The position numbers and the translations under genes were made by a program. From assembly GCA_958415525.1 (NCBI GenBank), contig CATYZE010000003.1, forward strand, positions 66,671-130,670: 64,000 nucleotides of DNA. Reading direction: 5' to 3'. Origin of the DNA: an uncultured Collinsella sp. Its GTDB lineage: Bacteria; Actinomycetota; Coriobacteriia; Coriobacteriales; Coriobacteriaceae. Shown here in pieces: positions 55,547-64,000 of this stretch (position 1 is its first letter; each line of letters begins with the position of its first letter). The notes under the pieces are model-generated. The model made no database searches and was not told where the DNA came from. It saw only the letters and a list, made by a program, of their open reading frames with translations.

Positions 55547-56953
55547 ATGCGCCAAAACGGATCCAACTTAAACGGGCGCTCCGGTGCGCGTCCGACGGCT
55601 CGCCGCGACCTGGGGCAGCTGCCCAGCGGTCAGCGCCGTCGCCGCCGTAAGCCCGGCGCGGTGTACCTCAACCATAGCCGCGGGTTTAGCGACCGCAGCG
55701 CGCGCATCGGCAACGGACGCACGCCGCGCCGGCCGTCCCGTCTGCCCTATGCGCTCATCGCCGTGGGCTGCGCGCTCGTGCTGTTTATCGCTGCCGTCGT
55801 GGGCTACGTCAACCGCAGCGTGGACGTGGAGCTCAACGGGCAAAAGACCGCGGTGCGCGTGGGTTCTACGCTGCAGAACCTTATCGACGACCAAAGCCTG
55901 ACCGAAACGTACGACGCCGGCGACCTGTTGGCCGTCGACGATAGCGTGCTCAAGCGCCATGGCGGCGAAAAACTGTCGGTGAAGGTTGACGGTAAGCGCG
56001 TGAAGCAGGGCAAATGGGATAGTCGCGAGCTTACGGGCGGCGAGAAGGTGACGGTCAAGGATGGCCGCAACACCTACGAAAAGCACGAGGTCCAGGCCAC
56101 GACTATCGAGCCCAAACTGACGGTCGAGGGCACGGGTGCCATTGAGTATGTCAAAACCTGGGGCGTCCAGGGCCGCTCCGAGGTATGGGTCGGCGAGCAG
56201 TCGGGCAAGACGCAGGACCGCGGCGAGGTCGTGCCCGCCACCGACTGCGTAGTCGAGTGCGCAAGCGTTGCGCCCAAGGGCAACGAAAAGTACGTGGCCC
56301 TGACATTTGACGAGGGTCCGAGCGGCGCGACCAAGCAGATCTTGCAGGTGCTCAAGGAAAAGGGCGTGAGCGCCACGTTCTTCCTTTCGGGCGATGCCGC
56401 CGAGTCCTCGCCCGCCACGGCCAAGGCGATTGTCGATGCCGGGTGCGAGGTCGGCTCCAATAGCTATAGCGACGATTCGCTCAAGGGCGAGGATCGCGAG
56501 ACAGTGCGCATGCAGATCTCGAAGGGAACCGACGCCATCAAGTCGGCAACCGGCGTCAAGACGATGCTGCTGCGTGCCCCTTACGCCGCTTTTGACGAGC
56601 AAAATTGGATTGACTCGATGGACCTGGTGTCTGCCGTGGTCTCGTGGAATATCGACTCGGGCGACTGGTTGCTCAATGGTGCCGACGAGCAGGTCTCGAC
56701 GGTGCTCGACTCGGTGACGCCGGGCAATATCGTGCTGCTCACCGATAGCGACGAGTGCGCCGAGCAGACGCTCGAGGCGCTGCCGCAGATTATCGACGGC
56801 CTCGTTGCGGACGGCTACAAGATTGTGACGCTGAGCGACCTGGTCAAGACGGACACGTCGCTGAGCAAAAAGCTCACCTCGCTGACGAAGGTCACGATGC
56901 CCAAGAACGCCGTGTTCCCCCAACTCGCCGAGGACGACGAAACCACGGAGTAA
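55547..56953 (+). CDS. Membrane-anchored polysaccharide deacetylase (NodB domain) with DUF348-like N-terminal repeats
   Basis: TM LIAVGCALVLFIAAVVGYV. VALTFDEGPSG...ATFFLSG (NodB motifs 1-2). LLRAPY. Confidence 0.8.
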   Translation: MRQNGSNLNGRSGARPTARRDLGQLPSGQRRRRRKPGAVYLNHSRGFSDRSARIGNGRTPRRPSRLPYALIAVGCALVLFIAAVVGYVNRSVDVELNGQKTAVRVGSTLQNLIDDQSLTETYDAGDLLAVDDSVLKRHGGEKLSVKVDGKRVKQGKWDSRELTGGEKVTVKDGRNTYEKHEVQATTIEPKLTVEGTGAIEYVKTWGVQGRSEVWVGEQSGKTQDRGEVVPATDCVVECASVAPKGNEKYVALTFDEGPSGATKQILQVLKEKGVSATFFLSGDAAESSPATAKAIVDAGCEVGSNSYSDDSLKGEDRETVRMQISKGTDAIKSATGVKTMLLRAPYAAFDEQNWIDSMDLVSAVVSWNIDSGDWLLNGADEQVSTVLDSVTPGNIVLLTDSDECAEQTLEALPQIIDGLVADGYKIVTLSDLVKTDTSLSKKLTSLTKVTMPKNAVFPQLAEDDETTE

Positions 56954-57260
56954 TCCCCAACGGCTATGTCACGGATACGTCAGCGTTTGGTATGCCTGCA
57001 ATGTGCAGCGCATAAATTCGGTGCCGCAGCGCGATGCTGATGCTATAGTTACTGCGGTTAATGAGGGTCAAGAGAAAGGTTGCAGGTGAAATCCAAACCT
57101 CGACCATACAGTCGATGACCCCATGCAGGTGCTTTTTGCGCATGCACGGGGTGTAAGCGTCGAGCGGCGTGCCGCCCGCGCATGCGTATACATATCCAAT
57201 TGTCCACGGATGGCGTGCCCGTTTTGCCGCGGTCCGCAGGAATAATGATGGGGAGCACCA

Positions 57261-59105
57261 TTGAATTATCTGAGTGAGATGCTCAAACTGCCGGTCTTGG
57301 ACGTCGACGGCGAGAAGCTCGGCGTGGTCAACGATTTTGGCATTGCTACCGGCGAAGTTTTTCCGCACGTGACGTCGCTCGCGTTCCGCGGCCCCGGCAA
57401 GACGCCGTTTATGATCAGCTGGCGCAAATGGGTCGATCGTATCGACGAGACGGGCGTGTACCTCAAGACGTCGGCCACCGAAATCCGCTTTTCGTACCTG
57501 CAGCCGACCGAGCTGTTGCTGGCGCGCGATGTTCTCAACAAGCAGATTGTCGACACGCAGGGCATGAAGGTCGTGCGCGTAAACGACATCAAGTTCTCCA
57601 TGTCGGGCGAAAACCAGCTGCGCCTGCTGGGTGCCGAGGTCGGTGCCCGCGGCCTGCTGCGCGCGATTAGCCCCGCGCTCGAGCATGTCGTCGAGGGCTT
57701 TATGAAGCATCTGGGCAAGCCGCTCAGCGAGGACATCATCGCCTGGTCCTACATGGACCTGCTCGATCGCTCGACCAAGAACATTCAACTCTCGGTGTCG
57801 CATAAGACGCTCGGCGAGCTGCACCCTGCCGACATCGCCGACATTATCGAGCAGCTCGACCCGCGCCTGCGTGCGCAGGTGTTTGCACAGCTCGATACTG
57901 CCCAGGCCGCCGAGGCCATCTCGGAGTTCGATGACGACGAGCTTATGACCGAGATGCTCGAGGGCCTGTCCGACACGGACGCATCGTCGATGCTGGCCAT
58001 GATGGACCCGGACGACGCCGCCGACCTGATCGACGAGCTCGATTACGAGAAGGCCGAGAAGCTCCTGCGCCTGATGGGCGTCAAGGAGGAAAAGGCGATT
58101 CGTAACCTGCTGGGGTATGAGGACAACACCGCCGGCCGCATCATGACCTCGGAGTTTGTCTCCCTGCCCGCCACGGCAACGGTCGGTGACGCCATCGAGG
58201 CGATTCGCGAGCTCGACGAGGACTTCGAGAGCGTCTACTACGTCTATACCGAGGATCCGAGCGGCATGCTGACCGGCGTGCTTTCGCTGCGCACGCTGAT
58301 CGTAGCCGACCGCGACGCCACGCTGGGTCAGCTGGCCTATCGCGACCTGGTCTACGTGTCGCCCGACGAGGACCAGGAAGACGTAACGGACGAGATGACC
58401 AAGTATGACCTGGTCGCCATCCCCGTCTGCGACGAGAACCGCCACATCCTGGGTATCGTAACCTTCGACGACGCCATGGACGTTATCGCCGAGGAGCATC
58501 AGGAGGACCTGCAGATCGCCGGTGTCGGCTCGGGCGACAGCGCGTCCGACGACTCGACGAACGTGCTCAGCTGGTTCGTGCATCGCCAGTACTGGGTTGT
58601 TGTATGGGGCATCGCGTCGTGCATCATGGCGACCGTACTGGGAACGGCGCTCGGCTCCGCGCATCTGGTGGTGTTCCCCATGTGCGCCATGCCGCTCGTG
58701 CTGCTGGCGGCCTCGCGCATGGTGTCGTTCGTCAAGAACTACTTCCTGGAGTATGACGGTCACGACGACGAGCCCAAGCCGTACCTGGGATTCTTCTTCC
58801 AGAGCACGGGCATGGGCCTGATCTTGTCGCTCGTGACCTACCTGTGCGCGCAGCTGGTGCGCACCGCCGCGTTCCCCGATGCCCCCATGTTTGAGGAGCA
58901 ACTCTTTACCGGGTGCTTTAATATCGCTGCCATCATTTGCCTGGTTGGCAACATGAGCGCCGTGATTTACCTGATGGTGCTGTTCTGGCGTGACGAGCAT
59001 GACCTCAACACGTCGGGCACCGCCATGAACGTCATTGCCGTCATGATCTCGTGTGTGGCGTATTGCATCGCCGCGGTGCTGCTCGCCATGTCAGTCATGG
59101 GTTAG
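57261..59105 (+). CDS. PRC-barrel + MgtE N-domain + CBS-pair protein with a non-canonical 5-TM C-terminal domain
   Basis: LHPADIADIIEQLDP...MDPDDAADLIDELD (MgtE_N). AGRIMTSEFVSLP and LVAIPVCDENRHILGIVTFDD (CBS). The C-terminal ~175 aa are hydrophobic but lack MgtE pore motifs. The TTG start at 57261 is uncertain; an ATG at 57279 is an alternative. Confidence 0.75.
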   Translation: MNYLSEMLKLPVLDVDGEKLGVVNDFGIATGEVFPHVTSLAFRGPGKTPFMISWRKWVDRIDETGVYLKTSATEIRFSYLQPTELLLARDVLNKQIVDTQGMKVVRVNDIKFSMSGENQLRLLGAEVGARGLLRAISPALEHVVEGFMKHLGKPLSEDIIAWSYMDLLDRSTKNIQLSVSHKTLGELHPADIADIIEQLDPRLRAQVFAQLDTAQAAEAISEFDDDELMTEMLEGLSDTDASSMLAMMDPDDAADLIDELDYEKAEKLLRLMGVKEEKAIRNLLGYEDNTAGRIMTSEFVSLPATATVGDAIEAIRELDEDFESVYYVYTEDPSGMLTGVLSLRTLIVADRDATLGQLAYRDLVYVSPDEDQEDVTDEMTKYDLVAIPVCDENRHILGIVTFDDAMDVIAEEHQEDLQIAGVGSGDSASDDSTNVLSWFVHRQYWVVVWGIASCIMATVLGTALGSAHLVVFPMCAMPLVLLAASRMVSFVKNYFLEYDGHDDEPKPYLGFFFQSTGMGLILSLVTYLCAQLVRTAAFPDAPMFEEQLFTGCFNIAAIICLVGNMSAVIYLMVLFWRDEHDLNTSGTAMNVIAVMISCVAYCIAAVLLAMSVMG

Positions 59106-59113
59106 GTGGTCGC

Positions 59114-60376
59114 GTGCAAAATACCAAGCAAAAATCGGGCACCAAGCAAAAGCTGACCATCGCGGCCATCTTTGGCGCTATGGGTCCCGGTCTGCTGGCG
59201 GCGCTTTCGGGCAATGACGCCGGCGGCATTGCAACGTATTCCAGCGCGGGCGCCAGCTATGGCTACAAGATGCTCTGGATGCTTCCCGTCATGACTGTGC
59301 TGCTCATCGTGACGCAGGAGACCGCGGCGCGCTGCGGCTGCGTCACGGGTAAGGGCTTGGCATCGCTCATTCGCGAGCGTTTTGGCGTGCGCAAGAGCGT
59401 GTTGGCCATGGCGGCGCTGTTGATCGCCAACACGGCCGTGACCATCTCGGAGTTCGCGGGTATCGCGAGCGGCCTTGCCCTGTTTGGCGTGCCGGCGAGC
59501 ATCTCGGTGCCGTTGGTGGCGCTGCTGGTGTGGATGCTTACCATGTCGGGTAGTTTCCAGCGCATCGAGAAGATTCTGCTGCTGGTGAGCTGCGTGTTCG
59601 TGACCTATATCGTCGCCGCGTTTATGGCTGGCCCCAACTGGGGTGAGGTCGCGGTCGACCTGGTCGTGCCTAACATTCAAAATGACCCCAGCTACGTGTC
59701 GCTCGTGGTCGCAACGATCGGTACCACCATCGCGCCGTGGATGATTTTCTTGGCGCAGAACAACGTGGTCGATAAGAACGCGGGCGAGGACGACATCGTG
59801 CTGCAGCGTATTGATACCGTGAGCGGCTCGATCGCCGCCGATATCATCGCCGGCTTCATCATTATCACGACCGGCACGGTGCTGTTCCCGGCTGGTATTC
59901 AAATTAGCGATGCTGCCGACGCCGCTCGCGCGTTGGAGCCCATCGCCGGTCAGTGGTCCACGGTGCTGTTCGCCTCGGGCTTGGTCGCCGCGAGCTTCTT
60001 GGCCGCCTGCGTGCTGCCGGGTGTTACGTCCAGCGCCATTTGCGAGGCATTTGGCTGGGAGCGCGGTGCCGATCGCAGCTGGGATGAGGCTCCGGTCTAC
60101 CGCGGCATCATTACGGCCATTATCGGCATCTCTGCCGTGCTGGTACTCATGCCCGGTGTCGATCTGTTCCAGATCATGATGACCTCGCAGGTCATCAACG
60201 GCGTGCTACTGCCCGTGGTTCTGGTGTTCCAGGTGGTTATCGCCGCCGACCGCCACATTATGGGCGCCAACCGCAACGGCCGCGTGTGGAATGTGCTCAC
60301 GTGGGCGACCATCGGCGTGATTACGGTGCTGACAGTTGTTATGTTTGTGCTGCAGGCGATGGGTTACAGCGCCTAG
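59114..60376 (+). CDS. NRAMP-family transporter with non-canonical, NRMT-like (Mg2+-type) metal-site residues
   Basis: GPGLLAALSGNDAGGIATYS (DAGG in place of DPGN) and IGTTIAPWMIFLAQN (in place of GAxxMPHNLxLHS). 11-12 TM. GTG start at 59114, 8 nt after the upstream stop. Confidence 0.85.
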   Translation: MQNTKQKSGTKQKLTIAAIFGAMGPGLLAALSGNDAGGIATYSSAGASYGYKMLWMLPVMTVLLIVTQETAARCGCVTGKGLASLIRERFGVRKSVLAMAALLIANTAVTISEFAGIASGLALFGVPASISVPLVALLVWMLTMSGSFQRIEKILLLVSCVFVTYIVAAFMAGPNWGEVAVDLVVPNIQNDPSYVSLVVATIGTTIAPWMIFLAQNNVVDKNAGEDDIVLQRIDTVSGSIAADIIAGFIIITTGTVLFPAGIQISDAADAARALEPIAGQWSTVLFASGLVAASFLAACVLPGVTSSAICEAFGWERGADRSWDEAPVYRGIITAIIGISAVLVLMPGVDLFQIMMTSQVINGVLLPVVLVFQVVIAADRHIMGANRNGRVWNVLTWATIGVITVLTVVMFVLQAMGYSA

Positions 60377-60459
60377 CGTCTCTTTTGGGGCTTCGAGCGG
60401 GTCGTAGCGATGGGCTGCGGCCTGTTTTTTGCTTGCTATAGGGGGTTAGTTATATGACA

Positions 60460-60689
60460 GTGGGCAAAAAATGCCAAATATGAGTACTGTTGCTAGGGCG
60501 ATAGCATTTATGTGCAAGAAGATAATGTACATAATCTAGAGTGTGTACATTAAAATTCACCTCAACAGGCTTTAATCCAGCTAGGCTGGCCGCTCCTAGG
60601 GGTTTACAGGGACGCTCAGGCGCCATTTTGGGCGGATTTGCCTGCTACTAAAATGGCAACAGTACTCATATTTGCCCTTTTTTGCCCAC
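60460..60689. mobile_element. 230-bp low-GC MITE-like element with 34-bp terminal inverted repeats (2 mismatches)
   Basis: GTGGGCAAAAAATGCCAAATATGAGTACTGTTGC (60460-60493) versus GCAACAGTACTCATATTTGCCCTTTTTTGCCCAC (60656-60689). The interior is AT-rich and non-coding. Confidence 0.8.
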
Positions 60690-60768
60690 AGCCCCTTGGC
60701 ATGTTGTTACGAAGCCGCCCCTGGACTGGAATTGAACTGCCCGGGGGCGGCTTTCGCTTGTCGCAGGA

Positions 60769-60812
60769 GTGTCCCCAGGTGCCGGCATAAAAGGAACGTC
60801 CCTAGCTGCCGG
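60769..60812. repeat. Third locus of the family D tail module (…TGTCCCCAGGTGCCGGCATAAAAGGAACGTCCCTAGCTGCCGG)
   Basis: Aligns with 44799-44842 (CTGTCCCCAACTGCCGGCAGGAAAGGAGCGTCCCTAACTGTTGG). Confidence 0.7.
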
Positions 60813-60813
60813 A

Positions 60814-63024
60814 TTACTTGTCGGTGCCCAGCTTGTGCGGCTTGAGAGCGAGCGCATTGACGAGCGCGTCGGTGGCGGACTTCACCGCTGCCGGCTGCGG
60901 GTCGTTGACGTGATCCTCGGGGTGCACGGGCAGGTCCTTCTTAACGGCATCGTGAATCAAGTTGAGGTATTCGGTCACACCGGTGGTCGACAGGTGCGTG
61001 CCGTCGCCATCGAACAGGTCATTTCGGTTGGCGCTGTATCCGTACCAGTCGATAACGCGCACGTTCTTGTAGCGCGTGGCGGCGTTGGCAATGGCTTGGT
61101 TAGTCGAGCCAACCCACGGCTGCGGGCTGCGCGTGTTTACAAACACGACAATGCGCTTGTCTCCCGCATCGGCCATGATGGCATCGATCTGGTCATCGGT
61201 CACCAAGCCGTTGGTGCCCAGGGCAAAGACCACGATTTTGCCGGCAAGGTTCTGTTGGATATAACCCTCAAATGTCGCGCGGCCCGCATCGAACTGGCGG
61301 CCCTTTTCGGCATCGATATGGCTGTGCGGGAACACGCCATCAAAGGCGTCCACGGCACGTAGCGACACGGAATCGCCGATCATGAGCAGGTCGTAGGAGC
61401 CATCGGGGAAGCCATCGTTGTCCTTGTCAGTGTCGTCGGCTGCCTGTTGATCCGTGGGCGCGGCGTTTTTAGCTTCCTTGTTGAGGACTTCGGCGCCTTC
61501 GCCGCTGAGCGCGGAGGTTTCCGGCACAAAGACCAGACCGCCCAGCGCGATGACAAGCACGATGCCGCAAGTGGCACACGCAGGAATATGCGAGCGCACC
61601 CAGTTGGCGGGCGTGGTGGTGCCATCGCGGAACTCGGACACGGTACGGCCGAAGGCGCCCTTCCTAAACGGCGTCTCGATAAAGCGGTAGGAGCATTCGG
61701 CCACGGCTACCACCAGCAGTACCTGCAAAATATACTGCCACCAGGGCGTATCGTTAATGTTGGCAACCGGGTTCATGAGCAGCAACAGCGGATAGTGCCA
61801 CAGGTAGATGCTGTAGGAGCGCTTGCCAACCCATACGAGCGGCTCGGCGGATAGCGCGCGGGCCACCATTCCCTGGGGCTGCACGCAGGCCGCGATGACC
61901 ATGAGCGTGAGGATGGAGCACAGCAGCGTGCCGCCGCGATACTGGAACGCGGTGTAGCCGTTGGTGAGTGCGACCATGGCGGCGAGGCCAACCAGACCCA
62001 CGACGCCCAGCACATCGATGGATGCGGGCGAGGACCAAAAGCGCACGAGCGCGCTCGGCTGGGCCGGGGCGGCTTCGGCTGCGTTGTCGGCCTTCGCGTC
62101 CTGCTTGTCCTCGGCATTCTTGCCGTGCTTGGCGACGAGGCGGTCGAGCCCCAGGCGACGCGCGAGGCGCACGGGCGCTAGGTCGCGATCGGGGATAAAG
62201 GCCATCCAGGCACCCAACAGCAGCGAGAACACGCGGGTGTCGGTGCCGTAGTACACGCGGCTGGGGTCGGCAGCAGGGTTGTAGAGCACCATCATGGCGA
62301 TGGCGGAAACCGCAGCCAGGCCCAGAACCACGCGACGCGTGCTGGGCTTGCTCATATGCATGGATACCATGGCAAGGAGCAGCGGCGGCCAAATCAGGTA
62401 GAACTGCTCCTCGATGGCGAGCGACCAAAAGTGCGTGAGCGGCGAGGGGTCGCCCAAGGCGTTGAAGTACGAGACGTCCTGCGCAATCTGCCACCAGTTG
62501 TTGAAGAACAGCAGCGACGGCAGGATGTCGGGACGCATCTTGGTGAGCATCACGTGGTTAAAGATCGTGCACAGCGCGCAGGTCACCACCACGACGGTCA
62601 CTACGGCGGGGAACAGGCGGCGGATGCGGCGAATCCAGAAGCTCTTGAGGTCGATGCGTCCGGTCTTGGCGACTTCGTTGAGCAGCAGGCGCGTGATCAG
62701 ATAGCCCGAAAGCACAAAGAAGATCGTGACGCCGAGCAAGCCGCCTTGCGCCCATGTGAGGTTGAGGTGGTAGAGCACCACCGCGACAACGGCGAGCGTG
62801 CGCAGGCCGTCGAGGGCGGGAATGTAGCGGGATTTGGGACGAGCGGGCGTCTGGTCTGCGGTGGCGGCGCTGGCATGGTTCGCTTTGTTGGCGGGCGAAC
62901 GATGGGGGCTCGGGGCGCGTCGCGACTCGCCGGTGCGGCGCTCGGCGCGCGGGCGTTCGTGCGGCGCCGGCTCGTTGCCCGTACGGCGCGGGTCGCGCGA
63001 GCTCGATTGCGGGAATTGTTCCAT
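60814..63024 (-). CDS. OafA/YrhL-type O-acyltransferase (acyltransferase_3 membrane domain + C-terminal SGNH/GDSL domain)
   Basis: IPALDGLRTLAVVAVVLYH...GVTIFFVLSGYLIT (AT3). LLMIGDSVS (SGNH block I). Disordered basic N-terminus. Confidence 0.85.
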   Translation of the reverse strand: MEQFPQSSSRDPRRTGNEPAPHERPRAERRTGESRRAPSPHRSPANKANHASAATADQTPARPKSRYIPALDGLRTLAVVAVVLYHLNLTWAQGGLLGVTIFFVLSGYLITRLLLNEVAKTGRIDLKSFWIRRIRRLFPAVVTVVVVTCALCTIFNHVMLTKMRPDILPSLLFFNNWWQIAQDVSYFNALGDPSPLTHFWSLAIEEQFYLIWPPLLLAMVSMHMSKPSTRRVVLGLAAVSAIAMMVLYNPAADPSRVYYGTDTRVFSLLLGAWMAFIPDRDLAPVRLARRLGLDRLVAKHGKNAEDKQDAKADNAAEAAPAQPSALVRFWSSPASIDVLGVVGLVGLAAMVALTNGYTAFQYRGGTLLCSILTLMVIAACVQPQGMVARALSAEPLVWVGKRSYSIYLWHYPLLLLMNPVANINDTPWWQYILQVLLVVAVAECSYRFIETPFRKGAFGRTVSEFRDGTTTPANWVRSHIPACATCGIVLVIALGGLVFVPETSALSGEGAEVLNKEAKNAAPTDQQAADDTDKDNDGFPDGSYDLLMIGDSVSLRAVDAFDGVFPHSHIDAEKGRQFDAGRATFEGYIQQNLAGKIVVFALGTNGLVTDDQIDAIMADAGDKRIVVFVNTRSPQPWVGSTNQAIANAATRYKNVRVIDWYGYSANRNDLFDGDGTHLSTTGVTEYLNLIHDAVKKDLPVHPEDHVNDPQPAAVKSATDALVNALALKPHKLGTDK

Positions 63025-63210
63025 AAAACATCATCCAATGACGAGAATAATCAGCACATATTTATTGTAGCTGCCCGCTCCTGTGAATGCTTGCTGCTGG
63101 CGCAACCTCAAGCACGCGTTCACATCAAAGTGAACTAAAGTTATAGAGGTGCGAAAGCATACGATTGACGGCCGACGGTGGGCAAAAAGCCCGCGGATGA
63201 GGAGGTTTCC

Positions 63211-64000
63211 ATGGCAGATCGCGGCATCGTTGCGGTGTTCGGCAGCATGAACATGGACCTTTCGGTGGCGTGCGAGCGCATGCCGCGTGCGGGCGAGACC
63301 GTCGGCGGAAGCGGTTTTATCACCAACGCCGGCGGCAAGGGTGCAAACCAGGCTGTCGCTGCCGCGCGCATGGGTGCGCGCACGTGCATGATCGGCGCCG
63401 TCGGGCGCGATACATTTGGTGACGCACTGGTGGCGGGGCTCCAAGATGCCGGCGTGGGCGTTGAGTTTGTGGCGCGTCGCGACGACGTGGAGACGGGCAC
63501 CGCGACTATCATTCGCTGCGAGAACGACAACCGCATCGTGTTATCGCCGGGCGCCAACCATGCGCTTTCGGGCGAGGACGTTGCCTGCGCGCTGCGCTAT
63601 CTGGTGGCCGATGAGCTCGACGCCAATATCTGCGACCTCGCCCCGGCGGCCGGCGGCGTCTTTATCGCCCAGGGCGAATGCGACCTGATGGCCACGGCCG
63701 CGGCGCTCTCTTGCGCCCACAGGCTGGGGTTCTATACGGTCTTTAACCCGGCGCCGGCGTGCGACCTGCCGGCGGGAGCGTGGCCTGCGGTCGACTTGGT
63801 TTGTCCCAACGAGACCGAGTGCCAGGCGCTGACGGGCATCTTGCCCACGGATGACGCGAGCTGCGTGGCCGCGCTTGGGGCTTTGCTCGCCAAGGGCGCC
63901 GGTGCCGCGGTCATCACACTGGACGGCGCTGGGTCGGTTACGCTCGGCGATGACGGCGAGCCGCTGCGTATGCCGGCGCTTTCGAGCGCGGTAGTCGACA
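63211..64000 (+). CDS. rbsK: Ribokinase (PfkB family), first ~263 codons; runs off the right edge
   Basis: MADRGIVAVFGSMNMDL...GGKGANQAVAAARMGA. GAGGAGG RBS 6-7 nt upstream. Not in the ORF track because it has no stop within the window. Confidence 0.85.
   Translation, partial: MADRGIVAVFGSMNMDLSVACERMPRAGETVGGSGFITNAGGKGANQAVAAARMGARTCMIGAVGRDTFGDALVAGLQDAGVGVEFVARRDDVETGTATIIRCENDNRIVLSPGANHALSGEDVACALRYLVADELDANICDLAPAAGGVFIAQGECDLMATAAALSCAHRLGFYTVFNPAPACDLPAGAWPAVDLVCPNETECQALTGILPTDDASCVAALGALLAKGAGAAVITLDGAGSVTLGDDGEPLRMPALSSAVVD

Noticed and set aside
57040-57125. M-box (Mg2+) riboswitch call
   Set aside because: Only a loose match to the first conserved box (GGTTAATGAGGGTC). I could not find the remaining conserved boxes or the three-helix architecture. 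It is kept only as a low-confidence suggestion to scan.

Overview
High-GC (about 60-65% by eye, not computed) actinobacterial chromosome segment. The gene content fits Coriobacteriia: an Ech-type [NiFe] hydrogenase, an NRAMP-related transporter with Mg-type site residues, and a giant LPXTG adhesin. That taxonomic call is an inference.

Left to right: glmU 5' end; ECF transporter module (T, fused A-A', putative S); exonuclease III; Sir2 deacylase; FolP-FolK fusion; degenerate BirA-like gene; a lower-GC AAA/DUF4143 ATPase cassette flanked by three identical hairpins; coaX; initiator tRNA-fMet; a Schlafen/AlbA_2-type ATPase; a decayed tRNA-fMet copy; a cellobiose/beta-glucoside PTS locus with two GH1 enzymes, a PRD regulator, ChbG and a DUF4038/GH140-like protein; a second, variant tRNA-fMet; an OYE/FAD reductase; an IS150-like OrfA remnant; echABCDEF with echA-echB fused; a 2102-aa vWA/isopeptide-domain LPXTG adhesin; a NarL-type two-component system with a divergent ABC-2 transporter; a MacB/FtsX-type ABC transporter; a DUF362 Fe-S protein; a hydrolase; hemolysin III; CNNM/CorC; YtxH; PRC-barrel proteins; a NodB deacetylase; an MgtE-N/CBS protein coupled to an NRMT-like NRAMP; an OafA-type acyltransferase; ribokinase 5' end. 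I found no rRNA and no CRISPR.

The intergenic DNA is unusually rich in several unrelated families of palindromic, MITE-like repeats. I did not recognise a clear-cut novel multi-gene system. The best candidates are:
1. The MgtE-sensor/NRMT gene pair.
2. The tRNA-fMet-bounded accessory segment, with an 81-bp periodic hairpin array, 21-bp iteron-like repeats and a Schlafen-like ATPase.
3. The hairpin-flanked DUF4143 ATPase cassette.

Repeat coordinates were counted by hand and may be off by 1-2 nt.
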